A stretch of 64,000 nucleotides of DNA from the sequence record DRR723986_4720. One strand, 5' to 3'. Below the pieces are notes generated by a model. It did no database searches. It saw only the letters and a program-made list of their open reading frames with translations, and was not told the DNA's origin. This document shows positions 27,146 through 37,473 of this stretch, piece by piece (position 1 is the first letter of the stretch; each line of letters begins with the position of its first letter). The translations under genes were made by a program, and so were the position numbers.

Positions 27146-27598
27146 ATGAACGTCATGATTCGCGTGCTGAAAGCCTTTTTCCCCGCGGTATTACTGGCCT
27201 ACGTGCTGGGCACGGCTCTGGCGACCCAGGTGATTCTCGGCAATGTGCAGGACCTGGGCCTGGCGGTTAGCCTCACTGACCGGGCCGCAGCGACCCTGCA
27301 CGACATCATGGGGATGGCGTCCAGCTACCTGTTGCTGATCCTGGTTGCGTTCATTCTGGCCTTGCCGGTGGCGGCCGCCCTGGCTCGCTGGCTGCCGGGC
27401 CAGAGAGCCCTGCTGTTTGCGCTCGCGGGGTTCGCCGGCATTGTTGTCCTGCACCTGACGATGAAGGCCCTGCTGGGCATTACTGGTGTGGCGGCCACCC
27501 GGACCCTGGGCGGGCTGCTGACGCAGGGACTGGCTGGTGCTGTTGGCGGCCTGTGCTTTCACTGGCTCAGCCGAACCAAGCCGAATCCAGTTCAATGA
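27146..27598 (+). CDS. Hypothetical 4-TM membrane protein
   Basis: Four hydrophobic helices; divergent from the PQQ dehydrogenase. Confidence 0.7.
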   Translation: MNVMIRVLKAFFPAVLLAYVLGTALATQVILGNVQDLGLAVSLTDRAAATLHDIMGMASSYLLLILVAFILALPVAAALARWLPGQRALLFALAGFAGIVVLHLTMKALLGITGVAATRTLGGLLTQGLAGAVGGLCFHWLSRTKPNPVQ

Positions 27599-28602
27599 CT
27601 GTGGAGGCGCCCGCCACAAATAAAGCCCCTGCGCTGGTCATTGGTGCCAGCGGTTTTCTTGGCAGCCATGTAGTGAAAGCGTTGGTCGAGGACGGGCGCC
27701 CGGTGCGTGCCATGTTCCGCGAGAGCAGCGACACCCGGGCCACGGATCACCTGGCGCTGGAGCGGGTCATCGGCAGTATCGACGATCCGGATGCTCTGGT
27801 AGCCGCCATGACGGGTTGCGACTCGGTTTTTTACTGTGTGGTCGATACCCGGGCCTGGCTGCGGGATCCGGCACCGCTTTACCATACCAACGTCGATTGC
27901 CTGCGGGTCGTGCTTGAGGCTGCACTCGCCACCGGGGTGTCACGCTTCGTGTTTACCAGCACCTTCGGCACCATCGGCCGCAATGCCACTGGCGTCTCGA
28001 CCGAAGAGGATGAATTCAACTGGTGGGACCAGGCGCCTGCTTACGTGCGTTGCCGGGTACAGGCGGAACAACTGTTGTTCGAGTACCAGCGCGAGCGTGG
28101 TCTGCCGGCGATTGCCTGCTGTGTCGGCAATACCTACGGTGCCGACGACATCGCACCAACGCCTCATGGTCAAATGGTCAAGGATGCGGCCCTGGGTAAT
28201 ATGCCCTTCATCTGGGACGGGGGTGGACCGTCGGTAGGTATTCGCGATGCCGCCGGAGCCCTGGTGCTGGCCGAACAGCGTGGCAAAGTGGGTGAGCGCT
28301 ACATCATTGCCGAACGGTGGGTGGATTACGAGGAGCTGTTCGCTATTGCTGCCAGGGCCGCCGGGGTCCCAGCGCCCGGCCGCAAACTGCCTTTGCCCTT
28401 GTTGTATGCCATGGCAGCTGTGTCTGACGTGATGGGCTGGTTCACCCGGCGCGACAATCGCTTCAGTATTGCGTCGATCAAATGCTCACGCCTGCTGCCC
28501 AACGTGGACGCGGGCAAGGCGAGACGCGAACTCGGCTGGGTGCCGGCACCGATCGAGCAATCGGTTGCCGAGGCGGTCAGTTACTATCTCACCCACCCCT
28601 GA
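27595..28602 (+). CDS. NAD-dependent epimerase/dehydratase (extended SDR, dihydroflavonol reductase-like)
   Basis: GASGFLGSH, VFTST, YVRCR, GERYI, KARRELGW. Confidence 0.88.
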   Translation: MTVEAPATNKAPALVIGASGFLGSHVVKALVEDGRPVRAMFRESSDTRATDHLALERVIGSIDDPDALVAAMTGCDSVFYCVVDTRAWLRDPAPLYHTNVDCLRVVLEAALATGVSRFVFTSTFGTIGRNATGVSTEEDEFNWWDQAPAYVRCRVQAEQLLFEYQRERGLPAIACCVGNTYGADDIAPTPHGQMVKDAALGNMPFIWDGGGPSVGIRDAAGALVLAEQRGKVGERYIIAERWVDYEELFAIAARAAGVPAPGRKLPLPLLYAMAAVSDVMGWFTRRDNRFSIASIKCSRLLPNVDAGKARRELGWVPAPIEQSVAEAVSYYLTHP

Positions 28603-28629
28603 GCGGGTGCGCCTGCGCCAGGCCGGCGG

Positions 28630-30198
28630 TCAGATGCCGGCCTTTTCCCTGGCAGCCTCGTGCCGTACCTGTTGCATGGCCACCATGCGGTAGCTCAGGT
28701 AGTACTTGTAGATGTTGGCGACGTACTGCACGGTTTCCCTGCCGATTTCCTGTGCGGCAATCACTTCCACATTGTCGAACCACAGGTTGGGGTTGTAGCC
28801 CGCTTTCTCCGCTTTACTGCGCAGGTTGATCATGCGGGATGGTCCGGCGTTATAGGCCGCAAGCGCCAGCAGGGTCTTGTTGAGATCGTCGATGTCCGGT
28901 GACTCGAAATAGCGGGACTTGAGATAGTCGAGGTATTTGATGCCTGCATGGATGTTCGCTTCCACCTCGCGAATATCCTGGATGTTGACGTTGGGGTCAT
29001 CGGCTGTCGTGGGCAGCAGCTGCATCACACCAACGGCGCCGGCGTTGCTGCGCACGCTCTGGTCAAGCCGCGATTCCTGGTAGCCCTGGGCGGCGGCCAG
29101 GGTGTAGTCCACACCGTACTGCTCGCCATATTTGCGGAAAATTTCCTCGAGGTTGCGGAAGCGCTGGTAATCCTCGGCATCGAGCGCGTTGGCGGCCCAG
29201 TCGAAATCGCGGATGTAGCGATTGCGCAGCACATTGCCGACCAGGGTGCCTTCCCGGTGCTTCTTGAGGAACGCATCTACCTCCGCCTTCAGCTTGGGGC
29301 TGTCCTTGCGCATCGCCCAGCCAAGTCGACCACCCTCGCGGAACACAATGTCCCCGCGGACCGCCAGCTCGTTGAACACACCTTCCCAGAGCTGCGGCTT
29401 GTATTCGTCGACCACCGCCCAGGGCAGCAGGCCGCCGTTTACCATTTCGATGAGATCGTCATCCTCCAGCAGTTCCGACATGAACTGGATCTCTACCGGT
29501 TCCTTGCCCTCGGCGACCAGGCGGGCATTGAGTGCTTCTGCACTCTCGCGGTAGCTACTGGTTTCGCGCAGGTAGAGGGTCTGCCCGGACAAGCCCTCAA
29601 TGCTCTCCAGGGGCGGCGCGCTGGGGCCGGTCACCAGGATTTCCGACATGGGTTTGGACGAGGGGATACTGAAGTCCACCAGTTCCTGGCGCTCGTCGGT
29701 AATGGTCAGCCCGGCGGATACCAGGTCGCCGCGGCCCTCGATCAGCGCCGGTAGTAACTGGTCCCGGGCCACAGGGATCACCACCACATGGACCTTGAGA
29801 TGCTTGCGGTCCATGCGCTGATTGAGAAACTCTTCGAACAGCTGGGCCATCTCCGCTACCAGGCCTTCCTGCTGTGGTCCGTCGAGGTAGTAGCGGCCGG
29901 GCCCGTAGACGGTCAGCAGGCGGATCACCCGGGCCTCTTCCAGGACATCGAGATCCCCCAGGCGAACGTCGACGAAGGACAGGACATCGCGTCGCGTGCC
30001 GCCCTCGGGACTGTCGATGGACGTCGGCGCCACCGGCATCGAGGCGGTCTCATCGACGTTGTCGGCAGCTGCGGATTGCTCTTCGGTAGCCGGCTGGCCG
30101 GTTACAGGCGCTGTTGCCGTAGTGTCCCCGGTGTCCGAACAGGCACTCATTACGCCGCACAGAAGCAGGGCAGTCAGGAATCGCAGGCTGCTGGTCAT
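28630..30198 (-). CDS. mltF: MltF-like lytic transglycosylase (SBP domain plus SLT domain), lipoprotein
   Basis: Lipobox MSAC, GRGDL..GLTIT, QESRLD, GAVGVMQL, AYNAG, ETVQYV. Confidence 0.88.
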   Translation of the reverse strand: MTSSLRFLTALLLCGVMSACSDTGDTTATAPVTGQPATEEQSAAADNVDETASMPVAPTSIDSPEGGTRRDVLSFVDVRLGDLDVLEEARVIRLLTVYGPGRYYLDGPQQEGLVAEMAQLFEEFLNQRMDRKHLKVHVVVIPVARDQLLPALIEGRGDLVSAGLTITDERQELVDFSIPSSKPMSEILVTGPSAPPLESIEGLSGQTLYLRETSSYRESAEALNARLVAEGKEPVEIQFMSELLEDDDLIEMVNGGLLPWAVVDEYKPQLWEGVFNELAVRGDIVFREGGRLGWAMRKDSPKLKAEVDAFLKKHREGTLVGNVLRNRYIRDFDWAANALDAEDYQRFRNLEEIFRKYGEQYGVDYTLAAAQGYQESRLDQSVRSNAGAVGVMQLLPTTADDPNVNIQDIREVEANIHAGIKYLDYLKSRYFESPDIDDLNKTLLALAAYNAGPSRMINLRSKAEKAGYNPNLWFDNVEVIAAQEIGRETVQYVANIYKYYLSYRMVAMQQVRHEAAREKAGI

Positions 30199-30216
30199 CG
30201 CTGTATCGTCCTCGTA

Positions 30217-33093
30217 TCAGGGTGTCGGGCGCCGCTGGCGCCGCGGTGGGCCGGGTTGTGGGTTCACACTGGCCTGCGCCGCGCCGGGCGACGGTATGGC
30301 CACAAGGTACTCGATTGTAAACTCGATGTCCTGCCTGTCGCTATCCAGGTCCAGCAGCAGTGGCTGGTCGATGGTCAGCCAGGCGCCGCAGGCTTCCCCG
30401 GCATCGCAAATGAACAGGTCATTGTCGATATCGGTACCGGCGACCAGCTCGTAGCGACCAGCGGGTGCCGCGGGAAACCGGAAGCGATATCCGTCGGCTC
30501 CGGGCAGGGCGACCGCCTGGTCGGCGACGCTCTCCGTCACCGGGTCATATAGCAGAATATAGACGGTGCCGACGTTGGCCTCGCTTGGCGTGCCGATAGT
30601 GACCAGCACATCAATAACGACCTGGTTCACTGCTGACGTGGCCACAATGAGACCCCGGTAGATGCCGTCCTCCAGCAGGCTGCGGTCCACCTCCACCCGG
30701 TAGCGGCCGAGGCCCTGCTGATCCACCTCAATGGCGCGGATGGACAGCCACTCGACGTTGGTTTCCACGGCCACGTTACCCAGGTCTCCCTGGCCGATGT
30801 TGCGCAGGGCGAAGTCCAGCCCCTCCAGGCCGGTACCCAGGTTGAGTGAACTGCTTGAGGCGGCGAGTGAGGCCGCGGTGGCTGGCGCCTCGCCGATGGC
30901 ATCAAGGGCTGCCGTGACCGCCTTGGCGGCGTTGATCAGGCCGTAGCCGTAGCTGTCGTCGCGGCCGGCTGTGCCGAGATCGTCGGTCAGCGCGCCGTTG
31001 CGCAAGAGGCGCTCCAGGTCGGCGCCGGTCAGCTCGGGGTTGACGCTTTTCATCAGCGCGAAGACCCCGGCAACGTGGGGTGCTGCCATCGAGGTGCCGC
31101 TGAGAAAGGTGTAGGCGAAGCCATTGCCGGAGGCGCCAGTGCTCAGGACCCCGTCCGGGTAGCCGTCGCCGTTGATATCGCTGCGGCCGTCGCCCCCGGG
31201 GGCTGCCAGGTCGATGCGGCTGCCGCGGTTGGAGTACGCGGTAAGCCGTCCCTGAATGTCCACGGCGCTCACTGAGAAAACCCCGTCGTAGGCCGCCGGA
31301 TAAGCGGGGCGGGTGCTGCCCTCATTGCCGGATGCCGCCACTACGATGACGCCCCGCTCGCGCAATTCGTTAAACAGTTGCTGGTCGAGCTGGCTGAACG
31401 ACGGTCCGCCGAGACTCAGGTTGATCACTGCTGCGGCCTGCGCCGGCACCGTGCCGGAATCATTGGGCAGGCCGGCAGCAAAGCGCACTGCCTGATTGAT
31501 GTCGTAGGAGGTGCCGCCATCGGCGGCGAGCGCGCGCAGCGGCATGATCCGCGCGTCATAGGCCACGCCGGCGACGCCGATACGGTTATTACCCCGGGCG
31601 GCGACTGTGCCGCCGACATGGGTGCCATGGAAACTGCTGGCGCCCGGCTCGCTGCTTCCCGGGTCCTCGGGGTCAGGGTCGATGCCGTCGCCGTCTCCCG
31701 AGCGGCCCGGGTCGCGGACGAAGTCGTAGCCATTGACCAGTTGGCCGGCAAGATCCGGGTGGCCGGCTAGGATGCCGGTATCAATCACCGCGACAACGAC
31801 CGATGCGCTGCCGGTGGTGGTATCCCAGGCGTCCGGCAGGCCGATCAGGGGGTAGTGCCACTGGAAGGCTATTGCCTCGTCGTTCGGGGTCGAAAAAGGC
31901 AATAGCCGGTAGTTGGGTTCCGCCGCCAGCACGCCCGGCTCGCGGCGTAGTGCCTTGATTGTGTGTAGGGTCTCCCAGCGCGCCCGCTGTGCCGGATCGC
32001 TGATTTTCTGCCGCAGCTTCATTGCCGCTCCAAGCCGGGCCTTCAGTGCCAGCGGGTCCGGGGTGTCGGCTTCGAGGGCCAGCAGGCGTTCGCGCCGCGG
32101 GCCGCCGCTGCGCTGGTTCATGCCCATGCGTCGGGCGAGGAACTCGCGCCTTTCTCCGGCCTGGTTGTCAGTGGCGTCGAGTGCCTCGTCGTAGCGCACC
32201 ACCGCCTCCCATGGCACCAGATCCTGTGCCGGCGCGCTGGCACCGGCCGCGCTGCCTACCGCGAGGGTGTAACTGGTAGCGCCGGCAAAGGCGAAGACGT
32301 TGATGATGTAGCGCCCGTCGGCGGGCACGCTCAGGGACTCGATTTCCCCGGTGTTGATGGAGAAGTCGATCACCTCGCCTGCAGGTCCCAGCAGGTAGAG
32401 GTCTGCATCCGCTGCTTCGAAGTCCGCCACCAGCAGGGTGATCAGCTGTCCGGCGAGCAGGTCCGCCTGGAAATAGTCGTCCGTGTCTCCCTGCAGGCTG
32501 GAACTGCCCTCGGCGCCGGTGCCAGGCTGGTTCACGTAGCCGCCCAGGGTGGTAGGTATGCCGATGACCTGCGCGGTATCGATTGAGTTGTTCGCGGCGA
32601 CGGGGTTTCCCAGGTCATTGGTGTCGCCATCCAGGGAGTGGCCGGCAGCCGGAATGATGCGGCCGCTGAGTTCGACCAGGGACACAGAGGTATCGGCTCG
32701 CACCGACACTGTTACGGCGGTGCTGGCGCTCGCGCCGTCATCGTCGGTTACGGTCAGCTGGAAGGACAGCTCTGCGCCCTGCACCAGGGTCGGTGCGGTG
32801 AAGCTGGCCTCAGCACTGGTGCTGCCCTGCAGCTCGACCGCCAGCCCGCCGGTCTGCTCCCAGAGGTAGTTGGTGATAGTGCCGTCGGGATCACGGCTGT
32901 CGCTGCCGTCCAGCACCACCTCGACACCCCGGTCGACGGTCTGCGCCGGTCCGGCGTCTGCGACTGGCGGCTGGTTGGCCGGCGGCGCGGGTGGCGGCGG
33001 TGCACTGGCACTGCTACCACCGCCACCGCCCCCACCACAGCCCCACAGCAGCGCGACAAGCAGTAACAGGATGAGTTGGGTCTTTGCGAACAT
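30217..33093 (-). CDS. Multidomain S8 subtilisin-like serine protease lipoprotein (PKD/Ig, PPC, catalytic and C-terminal domains)
   Basis: LLWGC plus poly-Gly/Pro; NQPPVADAG PKD-like; triad IDTG, HGTHV, GTSMAAPH. Confidence 0.93.
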   Translation of the reverse strand: MFAKTQLILLLLVALLWGCGGGGGGGSSASAPPPPAPPANQPPVADAGPAQTVDRGVEVVLDGSDSRDPDGTITNYLWEQTGGLAVELQGSTSAEASFTAPTLVQGAELSFQLTVTDDDGASASTAVTVSVRADTSVSLVELSGRIIPAAGHSLDGDTNDLGNPVAANNSIDTAQVIGIPTTLGGYVNQPGTGAEGSSSLQGDTDDYFQADLLAGQLITLLVADFEAADADLYLLGPAGEVIDFSINTGEIESLSVPADGRYIINVFAFAGATSYTLAVGSAAGASAPAQDLVPWEAVVRYDEALDATDNQAGERREFLARRMGMNQRSGGPRRERLLALEADTPDPLALKARLGAAMKLRQKISDPAQRARWETLHTIKALRREPGVLAAEPNYRLLPFSTPNDEAIAFQWHYPLIGLPDAWDTTTGSASVVVAVIDTGILAGHPDLAGQLVNGYDFVRDPGRSGDGDGIDPDPEDPGSSEPGASSFHGTHVGGTVAARGNNRIGVAGVAYDARIMPLRALAADGGTSYDINQAVRFAAGLPNDSGTVPAQAAAVINLSLGGPSFSQLDQQLFNELRERGVIVVAASGNEGSTRPAYPAAYDGVFSVSAVDIQGRLTAYSNRGSRIDLAAPGGDGRSDINGDGYPDGVLSTGASGNGFAYTFLSGTSMAAPHVAGVFALMKSVNPELTGADLERLLRNGALTDDLGTAGRDDSYGYGLINAAKAVTAALDAIGEAPATAASLAASSSSLNLGTGLEGLDFALRNIGQGDLGNVAVETNVEWLSIRAIEVDQQGLGRYRVEVDRSLLEDGIYRGLIVATSAVNQVVIDVLVTIGTPSEANVGTVYILLYDPVTESVADQAVALPGADGYRFRFPAAPAGRYELVAGTDIDNDLFICDAGEACGAWLTIDQPLLLDLDSDRQDIEFTIEYLVAIPSPGAAQASVNPQPGPPRRQRRPTP

Positions 33094-33263
33094 CGGCGGA
33101 TCTGTAAGCTCTACTGTTCTGAACGATAGCAGATTTGCCCGCTCAGTCCCCTAAAAGTTCCCGGGTCTACCGTCTGGCCACACAGCTGCAAGACGCGCTG
33201 CGCGTTAATTGCATCGCTGAGTATCTCGCTGTACTGTTTCGTTTTCTGCTGGAGAACTCACCG

Positions 33264-34796
33264 ATGCGCCGTCTTATCCCGTTGCTCGCCCTGGGTATTG
33301 CTGCTCTCGCGCCGCTGACGCAGGCTGCGGACAAACCCAATATCCTGGTCATCTGGGGAGATGACATCGGCTGGTCGAATATCAGCGCCTATCACCGGGG
33401 TATGCTCGGTGGCAGCACGCCGAATATCGATCGGATCGCAGCCGAGGGCGCGCTGTTCACCGACCACTATGGTGAGCAGAGCTGCACTGCCGCGCGTTCG
33501 GCCTTTATTACCGGGCAGCACCCGCTGCGCACCGGCCTGCTGAAGGTGGGGCTGCCGGGCGCGGATATCGGCCTGCAGGCGGAAGACCCAACCCTCGCGG
33601 AGCTGCTCAAACCCCATGGCTATGCCACCGGACAGTTTGGCAAGAACCACCTCGGTGACAAGGATGAATTCCTGCCCTCTAACCACGGCTTCGATGAGTT
33701 CTTCGGCAACCTGTACCACCTCAATGCGGAGGAGGAGCCCGAGACCTATTTTTACCCCAAGGATCCCGCCTTCCGTGAGCGCTACGCCCCCCGGGGGGTG
33801 ATCCGTTCCTACGCCGACGGCAAGATAGAGGACACGGGGCCGCTGACGCGCAAGCGGATGGAAACGGTTGACCAGGAGTTCGCCGATGCGGCGCTGAAAT
33901 TCATGGACAAGGCTGCCGAGGAAGACAAGCCATTCTTCCTTTGGTTCAACGCTACCCGGATGCACGTGTGGACTCGGCTTGCGCCGCGCTGGCAGGGCGC
34001 CTCAGGCCACGGTCTGTACGCCGATGGCCTCATGGAGCATGATCATCATGTGGGGCAGCTACTGGACAAGCTCGATGCCCTGGGCATCAGCGATAACACG
34101 ATCGTGATCTACTCCACCGACAACGGCTCCCAGAGCAATACCTATCCCGACGGCGGCAGTGAGCCATTCCGGGGAGAGAAAGGCTCAACCTGGGAAGGTG
34201 GTTTCCGGGTGCCCGCGCTGATCCGCTGGCCGGGGGTGGTCAAGCCCGGCACGGTGATTAACGACATGGTCTCCCACCAGGACTGGCTGCCAACCCTGAT
34301 GGCGGCGGCGGGTGAACCGGACGTGGTCAACAAGTTGAAGGCCGGGCACCGGGTGGGGGAGAAGACCTTCCGGGTCCATCTCGATGGTTATGACCAGACG
34401 CCGCTGCTTGCCGGGACCGGTCCGGGCCGGCGCACAACCGTGTATTACTTCGATGACAATGCCAATTTCAACGCCCTGCGCTGGGGCGACTGGAAGGTGC
34501 ATTTTGCGCTGATGCCCGATGGCTGGTCTGGCCAACGCGAGCCGCTCAACTTCCCGCGGATAGTCAACCTGCGCAGTGATCCCTACGAGGGTTCTCTGGA
34601 ATCGGGCCTTTATAGCCGCTTTTTTGCCGACCAGCTTTGGCTGTTTGTGCCGGTACAGCAGGAAGTCGGCAAGTGGCTGGCGACTTTTCGTGAGTATCCG
34701 CCACGTCAGCCGACCGCCAGTTTCACTATCGACCGGATGATGCAGCAAATGCAGCAGATGCTGCAGATGCGGGCTCGCGGCGGCGCTCCCGGCTAG
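33264..34796 (+). CDS. Secreted arylsulfatase (CxAxR type)
   Basis: PNILVIWGDDIG, SCTAARS, GKNHLG, STDNG, GEKG..WEGG. Confidence 0.93.
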   Translation: MRRLIPLLALGIAALAPLTQAADKPNILVIWGDDIGWSNISAYHRGMLGGSTPNIDRIAAEGALFTDHYGEQSCTAARSAFITGQHPLRTGLLKVGLPGADIGLQAEDPTLAELLKPHGYATGQFGKNHLGDKDEFLPSNHGFDEFFGNLYHLNAEEEPETYFYPKDPAFRERYAPRGVIRSYADGKIEDTGPLTRKRMETVDQEFADAALKFMDKAAEEDKPFFLWFNATRMHVWTRLAPRWQGASGHGLYADGLMEHDHHVGQLLDKLDALGISDNTIVIYSTDNGSQSNTYPDGGSEPFRGEKGSTWEGGFRVPALIRWPGVVKPGTVINDMVSHQDWLPTLMAAAGEPDVVNKLKAGHRVGEKTFRVHLDGYDQTPLLAGTGPGRRTTVYYFDDNANFNALRWGDWKVHFALMPDGWSGQREPLNFPRIVNLRSDPYEGSLESGLYSRFFADQLWLFVPVQQEVGKWLATFREYPPRQPTASFTIDRMMQQMQQMLQMRARGGAPG

Positions 34797-34798
34797 GC

Positions 34799-35548
34799 TC
34801 AGCCCGCGGTCTGGGCGCCGTCGATAGGCAGAGCGGCGCCGGTGACGAAGCGCGCCTCATCCGAGGCCAGGTAGGCAATGGCCGCCGCGATTTCTTCCGG
34901 TTCAGCGCCTTCCAGCAACGGGTTCAGCTTCGCCATCAGCATCAGGTCGACGTCGTCCGGAGCCTGGAAATTCTGGGTCAGGGGTGTCTTTACCATCCCC
35001 GGGCACAGGCAGTTGACCCGCACCCCGTGCTGCGCATATTCGATAGCCAGCGCCTTGCTGAACATCAACACGCCGGCCTTGGTGGCGCAATAGGCTGACA
35101 TATAGGCCTGTCCGATCAGCCCGGCCGACGAGGACATATTGATGATGTTGCCAGCGCTCTCCTTCAGGTGCGGCATGGCCGCGCGACACATGTAGAACAC
35201 CCCGCTGAGATTGATGTCCAGCTGGCGCTGCCACTGCTGGTCACTGATCTCGTCCATGTGCGCGCAGAGAGGGATCCCGGCGATGTTGCACAGGATGTCG
35301 AGCCTGCCGAATTCCGCCAGGCAGTGATCGACGGCGGCCTGGCAACTCTGCGAATCCGCAACATCCAGGCGCAGCCGGGTCGAGCGGCTGTCCGCGCCGA
35401 GCTCCTGCGCGGTCTGCGCCATGCCGGCCTCATCGATGTCTGCCAGCATCACGGCTGCGCCCTCGCTCGCCAGCCGCTTTGCGGTTGCGCGCCCGATGCC
35501 GGAGGCCGCGCCGGTAACCAGTGCAATCTTGTCCTTGAACCGTGTCAT
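34799..35548 (-). CDS. SDR family oxidoreductase
   Basis: TGAASGIG, NIAG, YCATK. Confidence 0.93.
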   Translation of the reverse strand: MTRFKDKIALVTGAASGIGRATAKRLASEGAAVMLADIDEAGMAQTAQELGADSRSTRLRLDVADSQSCQAAVDHCLAEFGRLDILCNIAGIPLCAHMDEISDQQWQRQLDINLSGVFYMCRAAMPHLKESAGNIINMSSSAGLIGQAYMSAYCATKAGVLMFSKALAIEYAQHGVRVNCLCPGMVKTPLTQNFQAPDDVDLMLMAKLNPLLEGAEPEEIAAAIAYLASDEARFVTGAALPIDGAQTAG

Positions 35549-35558
35549 ATTTCCTTCC

Positions 35559-36560
35559 CTACATTTGCAGAATTATCTTGCCCATGTGCTCGCCGCCCTG
35601 CATCCGCTCGTGCGCCTGTGCCACCTCTTCCAGGGGGAACACGCGATCGATGACCGGTCGGATAGTCCCGTTTTCCAGCTGCGGGTAAACATGCTCCAGG
35701 ATCTCTTCGACCATCACCGCCTTCTGGGCAAAGCTCTGGGCACGTAGGGTCGATCCGGTCAAGGTGAGCCGCTTGATCAGCATCGGGGCGAGGTTGAGTT
35801 GTGCCTCGAAGCCGCGGATGAAGGCGATATAGACGATGCGCCCTTCCGGCGCGGCTACATTGAGGTTTTTCTGCACGAAGTCGCCCCCGGCCATATCCAG
35901 GATCACGTTGATTGTGTCCTTCAGCCCGGCATCGGTCATGGCCTGTTCAAAGTCGCAGCTGCGGTAGTTGAATGCCCGGGTAGCGCCGAGTTCTTCCAGC
36001 GCAGCGCATTTTTCATCGGTGCCTGCTGTGGTGTACACCTCGGCACCCAGGGCGGCGCAGATGCGGATGCCGAGGGACCCGATACCGCTGGCGCCACCGT
36101 GAATGAGTACTCTCTCCCCGGCCTGCAGCCTGCAGCGCTGGAACAGGTTATGCCAGACCGTGAGCAGGGCTTCCGGCAGGGCCGCCGCCTCGCCCATGGA
36201 GAAATCGCGGGGAATGGGCAGGCTCTGGCTCGCCGGTGCCACGGTGTAATCAGCGTAGCCACCACCGTGGGTCAGGGCACACACCGCGTCCCCGACTTGC
36301 CAGTCGGCAACGCCGGGGCCTACGGCAACGACATGGCCGGCTACCTCCAGACCCATGATCGGAGAGGCATCCGCAGGCGGCGGATAGAGGCCCGCTCGCT
36401 GCAGCAGGTCGGCGCGATTGAGGCCCGCGGCGCGCACGGCGATCAGCAACTCGCCCTCGGCCGGTGTCGGGACGGCTTCCAGGGCGATCGAGAGACTGCG
36501 GTCATCCAGATCAATAGCAACGTAGCGTCGCTGCCCGGGTATATCGAGATTTGGTTGCAT
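35559..36560 (-). CDS. NAD(P)H-quinone oxidoreductase (PIG3-type MDR)
   Basis: GLNRADLLQRAGLYPPP, HGGASGIG, GSTLRA, HMGKIIL. Confidence 0.93.
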   Translation of the reverse strand: MQPNLDIPGQRRYVAIDLDDRSLSIALEAVPTPAEGELLIAVRAAGLNRADLLQRAGLYPPPADASPIMGLEVAGHVVAVGPGVADWQVGDAVCALTHGGGYADYTVAPASQSLPIPRDFSMGEAAALPEALLTVWHNLFQRCRLQAGERVLIHGGASGIGSLGIRICAALGAEVYTTAGTDEKCAALEELGATRAFNYRSCDFEQAMTDAGLKDTINVILDMAGGDFVQKNLNVAAPEGRIVYIAFIRGFEAQLNLAPMLIKRLTLTGSTLRAQSFAQKAVMVEEILEHVYPQLENGTIRPVIDRVFPLEEVAQAHERMQGGEHMGKIILQM

Positions 36561-36714
36561 TGCTTCCTCGGTCTGGCGCTGGTCGCCCCGGATTATGCAG
36601 CATCTACCGGCTGCCCGGCAGCGGCTGCTGAAGCGGGGCGCGATTTACTGTTTGCTACTGAATAATCCCGGAGAATGCGGGCTGGCGCCGGGCCGGCCAA
36701 TGGCGGCAGGGGTC

Positions 36715-37338
36715 TTAGTCGCTGTCCTTGCAGATCAGCGCCTCGAACAGCAGGCGGGCTTCTTCCAGCTTGGCAAACACGGGGTAGTCGCTGTCGAACG
36801 CCCAGCTGGTGGTCAGCGAATTCAGGGTGCCTACCACGACGCTGGCCAGCATTTCTGCCGAATAGTCGGTGGTGGTGTCGCCCAGCTCGCGCCCGGCTTC
36901 GAACAGCCGGGTGAAGCTCGCCAGCGCGGTGCTGCCAATTTGTCGCTGCTGTTCGGTGTCGTTGGCGAAACTGGAGGGGGCCAGCAGGATCAGCTGGCGG
37001 TCGATGTCCTCGTAGCCGGCAAAGCGCGCCTCGATATAGTCGATCATCGCCTCGAGCCGCGCCCGGGTGGTGCGGTGATTGCCCATCAGCTGGCGCAGCA
37101 TCGGCTCTGACTGGCTGTACAGGCGGCTGATGCCCAGGCCCCCGAGCAGGGCGTGTTTGTTGGGGAAGTAGCCGTAGAAGGTGCGGCGGGCCACGTCTGC
37201 CGCTTCGCAGATCTGCTCGATCGAGGTGTCGTCGATACCCTGTTCGCGGAATAGCTGGTAGGCAGCGTCCTCAATCCGGCCCCGGATCTGCTGCTTGCGC
37301 TTTTCCCGCCGGCTGATCGGTGCCTCGACCGTGTCCAT
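36715..37338 (-). CDS. TetR/AcrR family regulator
   Basis: RREKRKQQIR...TSIEQICEAADVARRTFYGYFPNK. Confidence 0.93.
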   Translation of the reverse strand: MDTVEAPISRREKRKQQIRGRIEDAAYQLFREQGIDDTSIEQICEAADVARRTFYGYFPNKHALLGGLGISRLYSQSEPMLRQLMGNHRTTRARLEAMIDYIEARFAGYEDIDRQLILLAPSSFANDTEQQRQIGSTALASFTRLFEAGRELGDTTTDYSAEMLASVVVGTLNSLTTSWAFDSDYPVFAKLEEARLLFEALICKDSD

Positions 37339-37386
37339 GAAAATTCCGTAATGCTGTTGCAATGCTTTTGGCATTAAACTAGATTG

Positions 37387-37418
37387 TATACATATGTGCA
37401 AGTTTGCTCATTTGTGAG
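37387..37418. promoter_or_regulatory. Two tandem imperfect TGCACA-N2-TGTGCA-like palindromes, putative TetR operators
   Basis: TATACA-TA-TGTGCA (37387-37400) and TGCTCA-TT-TGTGAG (37405-37418) in the divergent intergenic region. Confidence 0.45.
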
Positions 37419-37473
37419 CGCGCTCTGCGCCGTCGACAGTAAACTTTATTCACCGGGTGAGAGTGGTATCGAC

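Noticed and set aside
33175-33190. Sigma-54-like TGGC...CTGCA (GG-N10-GC) upstream of the arylsulfatase
   Set aside because: Deviates from TGGCAC/TTGC, is likely by chance at this GC content, and no enhancer-binding protein is nearby
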